NCBI GenBank assembly: GCA_964016885.1
Contig: OZ024753.1
Coordinates: 1,860,001 to 1,924,000, forward strand
Length of the DNA stretch: 64,000 nucleotides
Origin: Eledone cirrhosa
Lineage: Eukaryota
Direction: 5' to 3'
Shown: piece by piece, positions 25,801-37,276 of the stretch
Numbering within the stretch: position 1 is the stretch's first letter
Layout of the letters: every line of letters begins with the position of its first letter
Made by a program: the position numbers and the translations under genes
The notes under the pieces: generated by a model
The model's input: only the letters and a program-made list of their open reading frames with translations
Told to the model about the DNA's origin: nothing
The model's database searches: none

Positions 25801-28800
25801 GTAACACACTGTATTAGATTAAAATATAGTCAACTTTTTCGTTACTATATTTAAAATAGTCATTAACCCTTTCGTTACTATATTTAAAATATATTCATTA
25901 GCACATTTTACACTGTATTTTACACTGTATTTCTAAAATTATTAATTATTTTAGTAAATTAACATAGTATCTTATTATATGGTCCTTTTATAAGGGTGGT
26001 GGTATGGTAGAATTGGTAGTGCATCAGATAAAATATGATTGCAGTAATTATATATCTCTTTACATTCTGAGTCCAAATCATGCCACGGTCATATTGGCCT
26101 TTCATCCTTTCTGGGTCAATAACATATAGTACCAGTCAAGTACTGGGGTTAATTTAATTGACTTAGCCCTTCCCTTAATTTTTCTGGTCTCATGCCCAAA
26201 TTAGAAATCAACGTTGACACCAAAAATCATGATCCTGTGTCATCACCCTTGAGAGGTGCAATTGTGCAAGATCAGCTTTTATCACCTCATCCCAGGTATT
26301 CCAAGGTCTTCCTACTCCATAGCTTCTAATAACTTTGATCGACTTGCACCTTTTTATACAGCTGTCATCCTTCATACGTATCACATGTCCAATCTGCACT
26401 CCATTTTGAAGGAAAAATCTTTTGTAGCTAGCAGCAACACACACACTCACACATGGCCACTCACATACTGAATGGTTTATTTCCTGGGCAACACCAAGAA
26501 TACTTCTAATATATATTTATATACAGCTGGTCATTTACATTACTGCCAAATTTAGAATAAGAAATAGCTAATCATCAAAACACATCCTACCCACAAGCAT
26601 CATCAAAAATAAAAACAAAATGCAAACACCAAAAATAATGTACAACAACAAAGAAACACACACATATAGTCCTTTCAGCTTCAGCAAGTTGTGTTTGCAC
26701 TATTTGTCCTTCTGTTCTGCATTTAGTAACCTCTCCCATTATATGGCAACAACTGAAATCTGATATTCTTTACTGATGTATACAGAAGAATGTTACGGTA
26801 ATGATGCAAAAAAAAAAAAAAAAAAAAAAAAGCAAAAAGAAACAAAAAACTGGCAAGGTGAAAAAAAAAAGAAAAAAAAAAGAATCTTCTAGAAATAGAA
26901 AAAAAGCAAAAGAGTATTCCTGATATTGTAAGAATGTGTGTTTAAGATATAAAAAGCTTTTGATTTCTAACAATAGAATTAAGTTGCTTCCTCTTCACAG
27001 GTTTTACCTCGGCAGGAAAAAGAAATATTCAGATTCTCAGACAAAATACGACCTAAATAATTGCTGGTTTTTATTTTGGACCCGAGAGGTTCTGTGAGTT
27101 GTTAGTTACTGGCATCTAGAGATGTTGTGAGTTGTTAGTTACTGGTATCTAGAGATACTGAGAGTTGTTAGTTACTGGTATCTAGAGATGTTGTGAGTTG
27201 TTAGTTAGTGGCATCTAGAGATGTTGTGAGTTGTTAGTGGCATCTAGAGATGTTGTGAGTTGTTAGTTACTGGTATCTAGAGATGTTGTGAGTTGTTAGT
27301 TACTGGTATCTAGAGATGTTGTGAGTTGTTAGTTACTGGTATCTAGAGATGTTGTGAGTTGTTAGTTACTGGTATCTAGAGATGTTGTGAGTTGTTAGTT
27401 ACTGGTATCTAGAGATGTTGTGAGTTGTTAGTTACTGGTATCTAGAGACGTTGTGAGTTGTTAGTTACTGGTATCTAGAGATGTTGTGAGTTGTTAGTTA
27501 CTGGTATCTAGAGATGTGAGTTGTTAGTTAGTGGAATCTAGAGATGTTGTGAGTTGTTAGTTAGTGGAATCTAGAGATGTTGTGAGTTGTTAGTTAGTGG
27601 CATCTAGAGATGTGAGTTGTTAGTTAGTGGCATCTAGAGATGTTGTGAGTTGTTAGTTAGTGGCATCTAGAGATGTTGTGAGTTGTTAGTTAGTGGCATC
27701 TAGAGATGTTGTGAGTTGTTAGTTAGTGGCATCTAGAGATGTTGTGAGTTGTTAGTTAGTGGCATCTAGAGATGTTGTGAGTTGTTAGTTAGTGGCATCT
27801 AGAGATGTTGTGAGTTGTTAGTTAGTGGCATCTAGAGATGTTGTGAGTTGTTAGTTAGTGGCATCTAGAGATGTTGTGAGTTGTTAGTTAGTGGCATCTA
27901 GAGATGTTGTGAGTTGTTAGTTAGTGGAATCTAGAGATGTTGTGAGTTGTTAGTTAGTGGCATCTAGAGATGTTGTGAGTTGTTAGTTAGTGGCATCTAG
28001 AGATGTTGTGAGTTGTTAGTTAGTGGCATCTAGAGATGTTGTGAGTTGTTAGTTAGTGGCATCTAGAGATGTTGTGAGTTGTTAGTTAGTGGCATCTAGA
28101 GATGTTGTGAGTTGTTAGTTAGTGGTATCTAGAGATGTTGTGAGTTGTTAGTTACTGGTATCTAGAGATGTTGTGAGTTGTTAGTTACTGGTATCTAGAG
28201 ATGTTGTGAGTTGTTAGTTAGTGGCATCTAGAGATGTTGTGAGTTGTTAGTTAGTGGCATCTAGAGATGTTGTGAGTTGTTAGTTAGTGGAATCTAGAGA
28301 TGTTGTGAGTTGTTAGTTACTGGTATCTAGAGATGTTGTGAGTTGTTAGTTAGTGGCATCTAGAGATGTTGTGAGTTGTTAGTTAGTGGAATCTAGAGAT
28401 GTTGTGAGTTGTTAGTTACTGGTATCTAGAGATGTTGTGAGTTGTTAGTTAGTGGAATCTAGAGATGTTGTGAGTTGTTAGTTAGTGGCATCTAGAGATG
28501 TTGTGAGTTGTTAGTTAGTGGTATCTAGAGATGTTGTGAGTTGTTAGTTACTGGTATCTAGAGATGTTGTGAGTTGTTAGTTGTATCTAGAAAATTAAAT
28601 TTACAGGTTTGAGACTATTTTTCACAGTGATTTTGTGTTTTGTTTTTTCACATTTCTTTTTTTCACTTGAAAATAGATGTTATTTCACTGGAAAAGTCGT
28701 TAGAGCACCAGACAAAATGCTTTGTCTCATTTAGTTGCAGCCCTTATTCTAAATTCAAATCCCATTGAGGACATTTTTGCCTTTCATCCATCCAGGATCA

Positions 28801-29877
28801 TTAAAATTAAGTACAGGGGTTGGTATAATTGATTTCCCCCTCCCCATTAATTGATGGTATTGTGCCTAAATTAGAAATCATAGACAGGTAATAACGTTTA
28901 TGGTATTTAGTTTTAATTTTCTAAATTCTGAGTTCAAATCCTGTCATGCAATACATATATATGCATATATATTCAAATACGTGCGAACACGTGTGTGCGC
29001 GTGCGCGTGTGTGAATGACTGTATATTTATCATGTTTAATATAGAAATGGCTTCTACAGGACAAACACTGTTTAATTCAAAAGAAATCCTTTACTAACTG
29101 GTTACCCCGATTGAACCCGAGACTCATATATATATATATATATAAGAAAGAAAGTGTGAGAGAGATGGGTGAAGACTAATTGTAAATCTGATATTCCTTT
29201 CCTGTATGACATACCTGCTTTTTGCACAGAAGCACACACATGTTTGTGTGGGATATTCAATTATAGTGTAAGAAGATGAAAAGTATATATATTAAGAGAG
29301 AGTGAGGGGGGGGGGGGGGTAAAGTATGGTACATTTCATTCTATTTGAGTTCCTGTTAGTGTGATCTTCCTGTCTGTGTACTGCACCAAACTGAATATCC
29401 CCCTGGCTCACCTAGCTCTGAATGAGGTTATGATGAAGAGGAAGTCTAATAAAGAGGAGATAACAGAACATTCATAAATATAAACAAGACATGCATGAGC
29501 TAATTAAAATAATAAGTCCAGAATAGACTGAAATCTTGGCAAGCTTATTTTTTAACCCTTTAGCATTTACATTACTCTAAATATACTATTGTATTTTTGT
29601 GGTAAAGGCTTTATCTTAAATAATTATCTCACATAATATCGAATCTACGAGATTTTTATATTATTTATTGAGAACAATACCTTAACGTCAGTATGAGCGA
29701 CCAATTATGGCCAGTTTGAACAGAAAAAGGTGAGAGAATTCCGGCCAGATATGGTTGCTTTAAATGCTAAAGGGTTAAATACAGCATGACATAACAATAG
29801 TGTGTATCCGCACACATACACAAACATTTGCATATATACACACACACTTGCACATACATACAAATATATATATATAC

Positions 29878-29908
<31 letters not shown>

Positions 29909-31007
29909 TTTCATTTCTTCCATTTCTTAAACTCACTTATCTTTCCCTTCTTTTATCTCTCATTCTATCTACTGTGAAGGACTAATGTCTAAAATTTTAA
30001 CATACTTTTCCTAATATATATCTTCATGGAACTGTATCGTTTATCATTCCCGTGTGTTGTTTTTTCCTTTACTGTTCAGACACACACATGCGCGCACACA
30101 CAAACATGCACACCCCACACACACATATGTATATATCAAAATTGGCAATTTAAACCTGACATAACACAAGGACAGGTGAACAGAGAGTGAGATGGTATAT
30201 GTAGATGACATTTTTCCTAATCTGGTTCTAAAGTTAAACTTGAAGTGGAAACATTTCGAACACAAACAAAATTTGGTTTCATTTTCTGTTCATTGTGATT
30301 TTAGAGTGTTAATGAGCAGTATTGAATAATTGATTGTATAATAATATTGGTTTCTTAGGCTGATTACATAATGCATGGAAACACATGTAAAACTTTCCAC
30401 TATTCAATAAATGAATCATTGAATATCAGCAAATATGCCTTGTTTCCTATTAACGCGCGCGCGTGCGCGAGATAGATAGAGAGAGAGAATATGGAAAATG
30501 CAAAGCTCAGTGTAAATGTTAAACAGTCCTTAACAAAGCTGTTAATAAAGGACTCTTTAACATCTTCACCAAAACTTGCATTTTCCTTATTTTACCTACA
30601 CTCCATCACTGACTGACAAATCATATTTGGAAGAAAAAAACGTGATGTTGAGTGTTTGAATCAAATTGCATCATTATTTACTAATTAAAGTACCAGTAAT
30701 GCACTGGGTAATTGCTGGCCTTGTGCCAAAAGTAGAAACAATTATTTACTAATTGGGCGGTGGATTGGCAGTATCTGTAGAGAGTCGGAAACCATGCTTT
30801 GAAGCATAGAGTTACGTCCCTTTATGATCCGAGTTCAAATCCCGCCAAGGTTAACTTTGCCTTTCATCCTTACGGTGTCGATAAAATAAAGTACCAGTAA
30901 TGTACTGGGTAATTGCTGGCCTTGAGAAACAATTATTTACGAAACAATTATTTACTAATTGGCATATTGCACATGCAACCCTGTTTAATCAACATGTTTA
31001 CCATACC

Positions 31008-31052
<45 letters not shown>

Positions 31053-31778
31053 CACACACATGTATATACATATATACACACACATGTATATACATATATA
31101 CACACACATGCATACATACATATACATACACACACATGTATTTATATATATATATATACACACACACATGTATTTATATATATATATACACACACACACA
31201 TGTATTTATATATATATATATATATATATACATACACAGTATATACACACACGTGTATTTTTATTATATATCATCATCATCATCATCATCAACGTTTAAC
31301 GTCCGTGTTCCACGCTTGCATGGGTTTGGACGAGGGTAGTCCCACTTGAGGCAAGAGTGATTGTCTTGCTCGCATAGGACTGTCTGGCAGGTTTTCTACA
31401 GTTGGATGCCCTTCCTAACACCAACCACATTTACAGTGTGGGTCTGGGAGGTTTTTACCGTGTTGCCTACACGGCCACATTACAGCGTGGACTGTGTGTT
31501 TTTTTGTCGTGACACCTACACGATCTCATTTGTTTCGGCCTCGATGGCGCGGCACCAACATAACTTTACATAGAACGGGGTGGTGTGGATCGGGTGGGGG
31601 TGGTGGTGGTGGGACGGGGTGTATTTTGTTAGAGATGCCTACTGGCTGGAGTAGGTTTTATATATATATATACACACACATGTATTTATATATATATATA
31701 CACACACACACATGTATTTATATATATATATATATATATATATACATACATACACAGTATATACACACACGTGTATTT

Positions 31779-31811
<33 letters not shown>

Positions 31812-34800
31812 TGTATTTATATATATATATATACACCACTTCATCAATACAGTTTTAAAATACAATTTTAACTAAATATTATCAGTAAATGCTTCAGAAT
31901 GTTCTCATCTAAACAATAGCTAGAAGGCAGATCATGTTAATATTGTAGGATGATAAAACTTTCTTCATCACTACACATTTTACTACACAAACATCTCACT
32001 AACACACACAGGCAATTCTATTAAATTCCATTAAATTTCACATCCATAAAATTCAGCTTAACACTTGGCTTAAGTGTATCAAATTAACTGATGAAAAGTT
32101 CCAGCAAGTTCCTGTAAGGGAAACAGTTTTAGGAAGACAATAAAAGTAAATAAAAATCTAAAAATAGAATCAAATACTAAATAAAGGGTGTTGTTGCTTT
32201 TGTTATTATTCTAGCTCTTGTTGTTGTTATAGCTCTTGTTACTGTTGTTTCCTTGTTAATCTTGTATCTGACGTTGTTGTTATTGCTGCTTGTTGTTGTG
32301 GATACTGTTGCTGCCTGTGTTGTTTTGGTTTATGCTGTTGTTGTTAATCACTGTTTTAATGGATGCATTTAAGCTGAGCTGACTTAAATTTATATCCAAT
32401 TAATCAAGAGAGAGGGAAAGGTAGAGGGGGGGGGGGCATGAGATGTAAAGATAAGAAATCGGGGTGGGTGGGGTCGGGAAAAAAGATAGAGGGAGAGAAT
32501 GTGTGTGAGACAAAGACCAAGAGTGAGAAATCTAGAAAGATGATAATGAGGATAAGATATTTTTAGTTAACTGTTGTAATTTAATCTTAAATACTTTGAA
32601 AAAGTAGTTTGTTAATTAATTAATTAATTATTTGATGTTGAATAAACAGTTTCCATCTAATATAGCAATATTAACCACATTATCAACATTAACAACATTA
32701 CCAACATTAATATTAACAACATTAACACTAACATTATCAACACTAACAACACTAACAACACTAACAACATTAACAACACTAACATTATCAATATTAACAT
32801 TAACAACACTAACATTAACAACACTAACAACATTAACAACACTAACATTATCAATATTAACATTAACAACATCAACATTATCAACACTAACATTATCAAC
32901 ATTAACATTATCAACATTAACAACATTAACATTATCAACACTAACAACACTAACATTATCAACATTAACATTATCAACATTAACAACATTAACATTATCA
33001 ACATTATCAACACTAACATTATCAACACTAACACTAACATTATCAACACTAACATTATCAACATTAACAGCATTAACATTAACAACATTATCAACACTAA
33101 CAACACTAACATTATCAACACTAACATTATCAACATTATCAACACTAACATTATCAACACTAACATTATCAACACTAACATTATCAACACTAACATTATC
33201 AACACTAACATTATCAACATTAACAGCATTAACATTAACAACACTAACAACACTAACATTATCAACATTAACATTATCAACATTAACAACACTAACATTA
33301 ACAACATTATCAACACTAACAACACTAACATTATCAACACTAACATTATCAACATTAACAACACTAACATTAACAACATTATCAACACTAACAACACTAA
33401 CATTATCAACACTAACATTATCAACATTATCAACACTAACATTATCAACATTAACAACACTAACATTATCAACATTAACAACACTAACAACACTAACATT
33501 ATCAACACTAACATTATCAACACTAACATTATCAACACTAACATTATCAACACTAACATTATCAACACTAACATTATCAACACTAACATTATCAACACTA
33601 ACATTATCAACACTAACATTATCAACACTAACATTATCAACACTAACATTATCAACACTAACATTATCAACACTAACATTATCAACATTATCAACACTAA
33701 CATTAACAACATTATCAACACTAACAACACTAACATTAACAACACTAACATTATCAACATTAACAACACTAACATTAACAACATTATCAACACTAACAAC
33801 ACTAACATTAACAACACTAACATTATCAACACTAACATTATCAACATTAACAACACTAACATTAACAACACTAACATTAACAACATTATCAACACTAACA
33901 TTAACAACATTATCAACACTAACAACACTAACATTATCAACACTAACATTATCAACATTATCAACACTAACATTATCAACATTATCAACACTAACATTAT
34001 CAACATTATCAACACTAACATTATCAACATTATCAACACTAACAACACTAACATTATCAACACTATCATTATCAACATTATCAACACTAACATTATCAAC
34101 ATTAACAACACTAACATTAACAACATTATCAACACTAACAACACTAACATTAACAACACTAACATTATCAACATTAACAACACTAACATTAACAACATTA
34201 TCAACATTAACAACACTAACATTAACATTATCAACATTAACAACACTAACATTAACAACATTATCAACACTAACAACACTAACATTAACAACACTAACAT
34301 TATCAACACTAACATTATCAACATTAACAACACTAACATTAACAACATTAACAACACTAACATTAACAACATTATCAACACTAACATTAACAACATTATC
34401 AACACTAACAACACTAACATTATCAACACTAACATTATCAACATTATCAACACTAACATTATCAACATTATCAACACTAACATTATCAACATTATCAACA
34501 CTAACATTATCAACATTAACAACACTAACATTAACAACATTATCAACACTAACAACACTAACATTATCAACACTAACATTATCAACATTATCAACACTAA
34601 CAACACTAACATTATCAACACTAACATTATCAACACTAACATTATCAACATTATCAACACTAACAACACTAACATTATCAACACTAACAACACTAACATT
34701 ATCAACATTAACAACACTAACAACACTAACATTATCAACATTAACATTATCAACATTAACATTATCAACATTAACAACACTAACATTATCAACATTAACA

Positions 34801-35315
34801 ACACTAACATTAACAACATCAACATTATCAACACTAACAACACTAACATTATCAACACTAACATTATCAACATTAACAACACTAACATTATCAACACTAA
34901 CACTAACATTATCAACATTAACAACACTAACAATACTAACAACACTAAATATATTTATCGATAAGGATAAATATATAGTTTCAGAAGATCCTGTTAAGGG
35001 TGAAAGCAGTGATTCTTTGCTTAAACTTTAATCTGTTATTTTAATAAATATATAAATATATATATATATCAATATTTATATATCAATATATATATATATT
35101 TATATATCAATATTTATATATATATATATCAATATTTATATCGGTAGAGGGCTGGACACCATGCCTTGCAGTAAAGAGTTACGGCCCTTGCCATTCTGAG
35201 TTCAAATCCCGCCGAGGTTAACTTTGCCTTTCATCCTTACGGGGTCGATAAAATAAAGTACCAGTAATACACTGGGATAATTGCTGGCCTTGTGCCAAAA
35301 GTAGAAACAAATATT

Positions 35316-35351
<36 letters not shown>

Positions 35352-36607
35352 TATATATATATATATGTCTATCCGACAAGCCTCAGCACAGAAAGCAACT
35401 CCAAATATGATCTAATGCAGGGCAAAGGAGGTTCTTTAAACCATCTTGTATGGAACAATATCTTTAATGCCAGTGTACAATAAAATGCACCCACTACACT
35501 CTATAAAAGGGTTGATGATAGGAAGAATATCTAACCTCTGACCATAAAAACAAAAACTGGAACAGATGATGAAGACAGGGACTCTACTAGCAACATTGCA
35601 TGCTACCCATCCTGGTAGTTAACAATACTGAAAAAGAACTGACACAGAGTAGAAGGGACTCATTGGTTTTCTAACATGATACAACCTTTTTAGTACCAGT
35701 GATATAAAAGGCCTCTTGGCTATCACTCTACAGATTCTGCTATTCAATGCCCTAAATAACAACAATTATCATTTCCAAAGAAAAGCACAACACCTCAGAT
35801 TCGTAATGATCGGGGTATTAGGGTCAATACCACTGAAACTTCAAGACTTCTTAAAGTGACTGGGAATGTCATACACGTTGGGTGTCAGACAAAAAGTAGC
35901 TTTGTTAGGTAATGGGCACATTTTGAGGAAAGTATTATTTGTCTGAGGTACTTGTTGCTTGACAGAGCAATACTACTACTACTAATAATAATATTAATGC
36001 TGTTGATGATGATGATAATTGCCTGCATGCATAAATGGTCACAATTTCTATGGGAAAGTACTATTGATTAAATTGACCCCACCACACATGATTGGTACTT
36101 ATTTTATTGCCCCTGCAGAGAGGGAAACAAAGTAAACCTCAGCAGGGTTTTGAACTCTGAACATAAAAGGACTTAACTGAATACCACAAGTCATTCAGTT
36201 CAACACTATTGATTTTTACCATAGAACACAGATTAAATATTGCAGTGAGAAAAGTTAATCATATTCTTAGAAAGATGGAAGTACATCACACTACTGATAG
36301 CAATGGTCTGTTAGATAGTGTAGCTGCACTTAATATTAAATATTGAATATATAAGAAAACCAAATAACAGGCATAACCAGGAAACTGGAAAGACAAGTAA
36401 AAGATCTAAATAAGAACTGAGTGAGGATTCTCCAGTTTTAAATAAGAAATATATGGTGTGTATGTGTACACATGCCAGCATAGAAAGTGGATGTAAAACC
36501 AATGAAGATGATGAATATATATATATATGTATGTATATATGGTGACCCTGTGATAAACAGGCAAAACTCCAGAGTAACAAGACTCACTATTTTTAGCTTT
36601 AATAAAA

Positions 36608-36649
<42 letters not shown>

Positions 36650-37276
36650 TACACAAGTAAAGAAAACAACTGCAATTACAGATAGTTGCTATAAAATAGA
36701 GATCGAAAAAGTGTTGCCAGTGGCCACTACAATGAATTGAACTTTGTATCTCTCAAATACTGGCTGAGTGCTCTTGCCATTGAGGTAAGGGACCTTTGAC
36801 AGTATTTGTATTTATTTTCTGTACTTGAGCATCCTATGTCTCCTATAAGTTCATTTCCAGAGCATCGCCAAAGAGGAAAGTGTTTGTCTTCAACCCTTTC
36901 AGACGCATCCACCATAAGACCTCTTTCATCATGGCCACCAGGCAGATAAAAACTGCCTAATAATAATAATAATTCAATCTGTTTTATCTAGACACATACA
37001 CACATAGGACAGTAGCTCTGATTAAGTGCTGACTTGTTCTGTAACAAGCCATCCAACCCATGCCAGTATGGAAAATGGAATATAAACTGATGCTGATGCG
37101 GAGGATGATATGAAAATAAGGCACTCGAAAATGATCAGAGAATGGACGAATTATATTAATGATAAAGTTCATATAAAAACTGAAAATATAAATAATTATA
37201 TAAAATGAAATATTAAAATAATATTGACATACCAAATCCAACATTTGATACTCGAAGTCCAGATTTTCCCAAATTT
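666..37276 (-). CDS. KCNAB: Voltage-gated potassium channel beta subunit (Kv-beta / Hyperkinetic, AKR6 family), multi-exon, partial: join(37233-37276,25665-25702,22734-22813,20958-21002,20179-20223,19119-19165,18139-18225,7024-7109,666-786)
   Basis: Nine AG..GT-bounded exons with compatible phases give (R)[198 protein letters not shown], colinear with the Kv-beta core. Catalytic D (FDTA), Y (EVY), K (STKI) and N (ANK) are retained. The gene continues past position 1. Confidence 0.97.
1996..2210 (-). mobile_element. RTE-like LINE 3' fragment
   Basis: (CAT)n tail; minus strand encodes an [15 protein letters not shown]-like C-terminal motif. Confidence 0.7.
3050..4080. repeat. Compound TA/CA/CT microsatellite with higher-order unit
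   Basis: Recurring acacatccatatatagatatacatgcacacacacccacat modules. Confidence 0.9.
4401..4467 (+). ncRNA. Type I hammerhead ribozyme motif (Penelope-type)
   Basis: TATTTTAT-CTGATGA-ggatgtactg..cagtacctct-GAAA-tatgta-TA-ATAAAATA; 8-bp stem I, near-palindromic short stem III. Confidence 0.75.
4687..5272 (+). mobile_element. RTE LINE 3' fragment (ORF C-terminus + 3'UTR + (GAT)n)
   Basis: [30 protein letters not shown] is homologous to the end of the 14154-15572 ORF; ends gatgatgat. Confidence 0.9.
5732..6181. repeat. (GGT/GAT)n trinucleotide repeat
   Basis: Direct inspection. Confidence 0.95.
7024..7109 (-). CDS. KCNAB: Kv-beta exon [28 protein letters not shown], 86 nt
   Basis: gtttccag|AA ATT GTC CGT...GAA ATC ATG|gtaaag; YWGTSRW motif. 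Confidence 0.97.
11010..11490 (-). mobile_element. Tandem cluster of tRNA-derived SINE copies (Meta/MESC-like core)
   Basis: B-box GAGTTCAAATCC followed by gccgaggttaactttgcctttcatccttacggggtcgataaaataaagtaccagt; many copies in the window (~140, 2290, 5440, 19570-20100, 24500, 26000, 28690, 30680, 35140, 55910). Confidence 0.8.
12147..12191 (-). CDS. KCNAB: Candidate 45-nt in-frame cassette exon of Kv-beta ([15 protein letters not shown])
   Basis: Pyrimidine-rich tract ending cacaccag, consensus donor GTG|gtgagt, phase 1-1, no stop. Confidence 0.55.
12362..12855. mobile_element. Second piggyBac-like TTAA MITE carrying a nested LINE 3' fragment (~12410-12650)
   Basis: TTAA|CCCTTTTGATACCA ... 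TGGTAACAAAAGGG|TTAA; internal piece encodes [13 protein letters not shown]...AMNDRPTWR and ends gatgatgat. Confidence 0.75.
13851..15563 (-). mobile_element. 5'-truncated RTE-type non-LTR retrotransposon with uninterrupted reverse transcriptase frame, 3'UTR and (GAT)n tail
   Basis: ORF 14154-15572: [59 protein letters not shown]; tail seen as (CAT)n at 13851-13872. Confidence 0.96.
15710..16030 (+). mobile_element. RTE 3'UTR fragment
   Basis: Shares ggaagggcatcca/cccatgcaagcgtggaa...gttaaacgttgatgat with the 4687-5272 copy. Confidence 0.88.
16506..16548 (+). ncRNA. Minimal hammerhead ribozyme motif (Penelope-type)
   Basis: ACGTTG-CTGACGA-t AGCT aata AGCT t-GAAA-CTAG-TA-CAGCGT; palindromic ACTAGT stem III. 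Confidence 0.75.
16690..17225. repeat. (TA)n-based compound microsatellite
   Basis: TA runs punctuated by TCTGCA/TCTACA/TCTA. Confidence 0.95.
17670..17765 (-). CDS. KCNAB: Candidate 96-nt in-frame cassette exon of Kv-beta ([32 protein letters not shown])
   Basis: (CT)n tract + catgtag acceptor, CAG|gtattt donor, phase 1-1, open frame, unique sequence between simple repeats. Confidence 0.4.
18139..18225 (-). CDS. KCNAB: Kv-beta exon [28 protein letters not shown](E), 87 nt
   Basis: ctcccatag|GA TTG AGG GGA TCT CTA GAA CGT...CCA ATG GAA G|gtaagc. Confidence 0.97.
19119..19165 (-). CDS. KCNAB: Kv-beta exon [15 protein letters not shown](G), 47 nt
   Basis: tttcctag|C CGT GCC GAA ACA GAG AAA GGC CTT TCT CGT AAA CAT ATC ATT GAA G|gtacag. 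Confidence 0.95.
19570..20100 (-). mobile_element. Three tandem copies of the same SINE
   Basis: Repeated ctggtactttattttat..gaaaggcaaagtt..cctcggcaggatttgaac. Confidence 0.8.
20179..20223 (-). CDS. KCNAB: Kv-beta exon [14 protein letters not shown](N), 45 nt
   Basis: ttctctag|A CGT TCC AGT TAT...AGT GGC AA|gtaagt; matches vertebrate RSSLVITTKIFWGG. Confidence 0.96.
20958..21002 (-). CDS. KCNAB: Kv-beta exon [14 protein letters not shown](R), 45 nt
   Basis: cttttcag|G GCT GAA ATA...GGA TGG AG|gtaagg. Confidence 0.95.
22734..22813 (-). CDS. KCNAB: Kv-beta exon [26 protein letters not shown](K), 80 nt
   Basis: ttcttcag|GTT GCT GAA...GGT GGC AA|gtaagt; contains the AKR FDTAEVY motif. Confidence 0.97.
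24135..24478 (+). mobile_element. Second tRNA-derived SINE family (relatives 2780-2942 -, 6715-6870 +, 19265-19500 +, 21060-21160 -)
   Basis: TGGCTTAGTGG A-box, gagtttgattc B-box, core ccttgagcaagacactttatttca..ctccagttcactcag. Confidence 0.75.
25665..25702 (-). CDS. KCNAB: Kv-beta exon (G)[12 protein letters not shown], 38 nt
   Basis: tctctcag|GT ACC TGG GTA ACA TTT GGT GCA CAA GTT ACA GAC GAT|gtaagt. Confidence 0.96.
26208..26395 (-). mobile_element. RTE LINE C-terminal fragment
   Basis: [15 protein letters not shown]...[17 protein letters not shown] matches the ORF at 14154. Confidence 0.85.
27085..28590. repeat. 33-bp minisatellite, ~45 copies
   Basis: Unit TCTAGAGATGTTGTGAGTTGTTAGTTA(C/G)TGG(T/C/A)A. 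Confidence 0.97.
29556..29774. mobile_element. piggyBac-like MITE (relatives 17885-18092, 53375-53566, partial 21883-22035)
   Basis: TTAA|CCCTTTAGCATTTA ... TAAATGCTAAAGGG|TTAA; internal sequence shared among four copies. Confidence 0.88.
31269..31650 (-). mobile_element. RTE 3'UTR fragment, near-identical to 15710-16030 in inverted orientation
   Basis: Reverse complement aligns by eye with few mismatches over ~320 bp; (CAT)n tail at the left end. Confidence 0.9.
32660..34945. repeat. Almost G-free AAC-based tandem repeat (6/9/15-nt modules, e.g. AACACTAACATTATC)
   Basis: Direct inspection; source of the spurious poly-T/L/S and L/M/I/V ORFs. Confidence 0.97.
37233..37276 (-). CDS. KCNAB: Kv-beta exon (R)[14 protein letters not shown](G), 44 nt
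   Basis: ttttcag|A AAT TTG GGA AAA TCT GGA CTT CGA GTA TCA AAT GTT GGA TTT G|gtatgt; phase 2 to 1. Confidence 0.96.

Noticed and set aside
26655-26745. ATG-initiated minus-strand frame [25 protein letters not shown]
   Set aside because: No convincing donor, and it would delete the first strand of the barrel.
27008-27052. 45-nt phase 1-1 open segment ([14 protein letters not shown]) with tag/gtaaaa ends
   Set aside because: Weak acceptor, the donor resembles the SINE motif tcctgccgaggt, and it would split the conserved GFGTW cofactor-binding motif.
27085-28590. CRISPR-like regular 33-bp repeat
   Set aside because: Head-to-tail units without unique spacers; eukaryotic context, no cas genes.
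30157-30228. 72-nt AG..GT segment reading [10 protein letters not shown]
   Set aside because: In the required phase 1 it hits TAG at once; resemblance to RNLGKSG is superficial (the true exon is 37233-37276).
32632-35031. 799-aa Thr/Leu/Ser mucin-like ORF
   Set aside because: Intronic AAC-derived tandem repeat; frames are open only because module lengths are multiples of 3.
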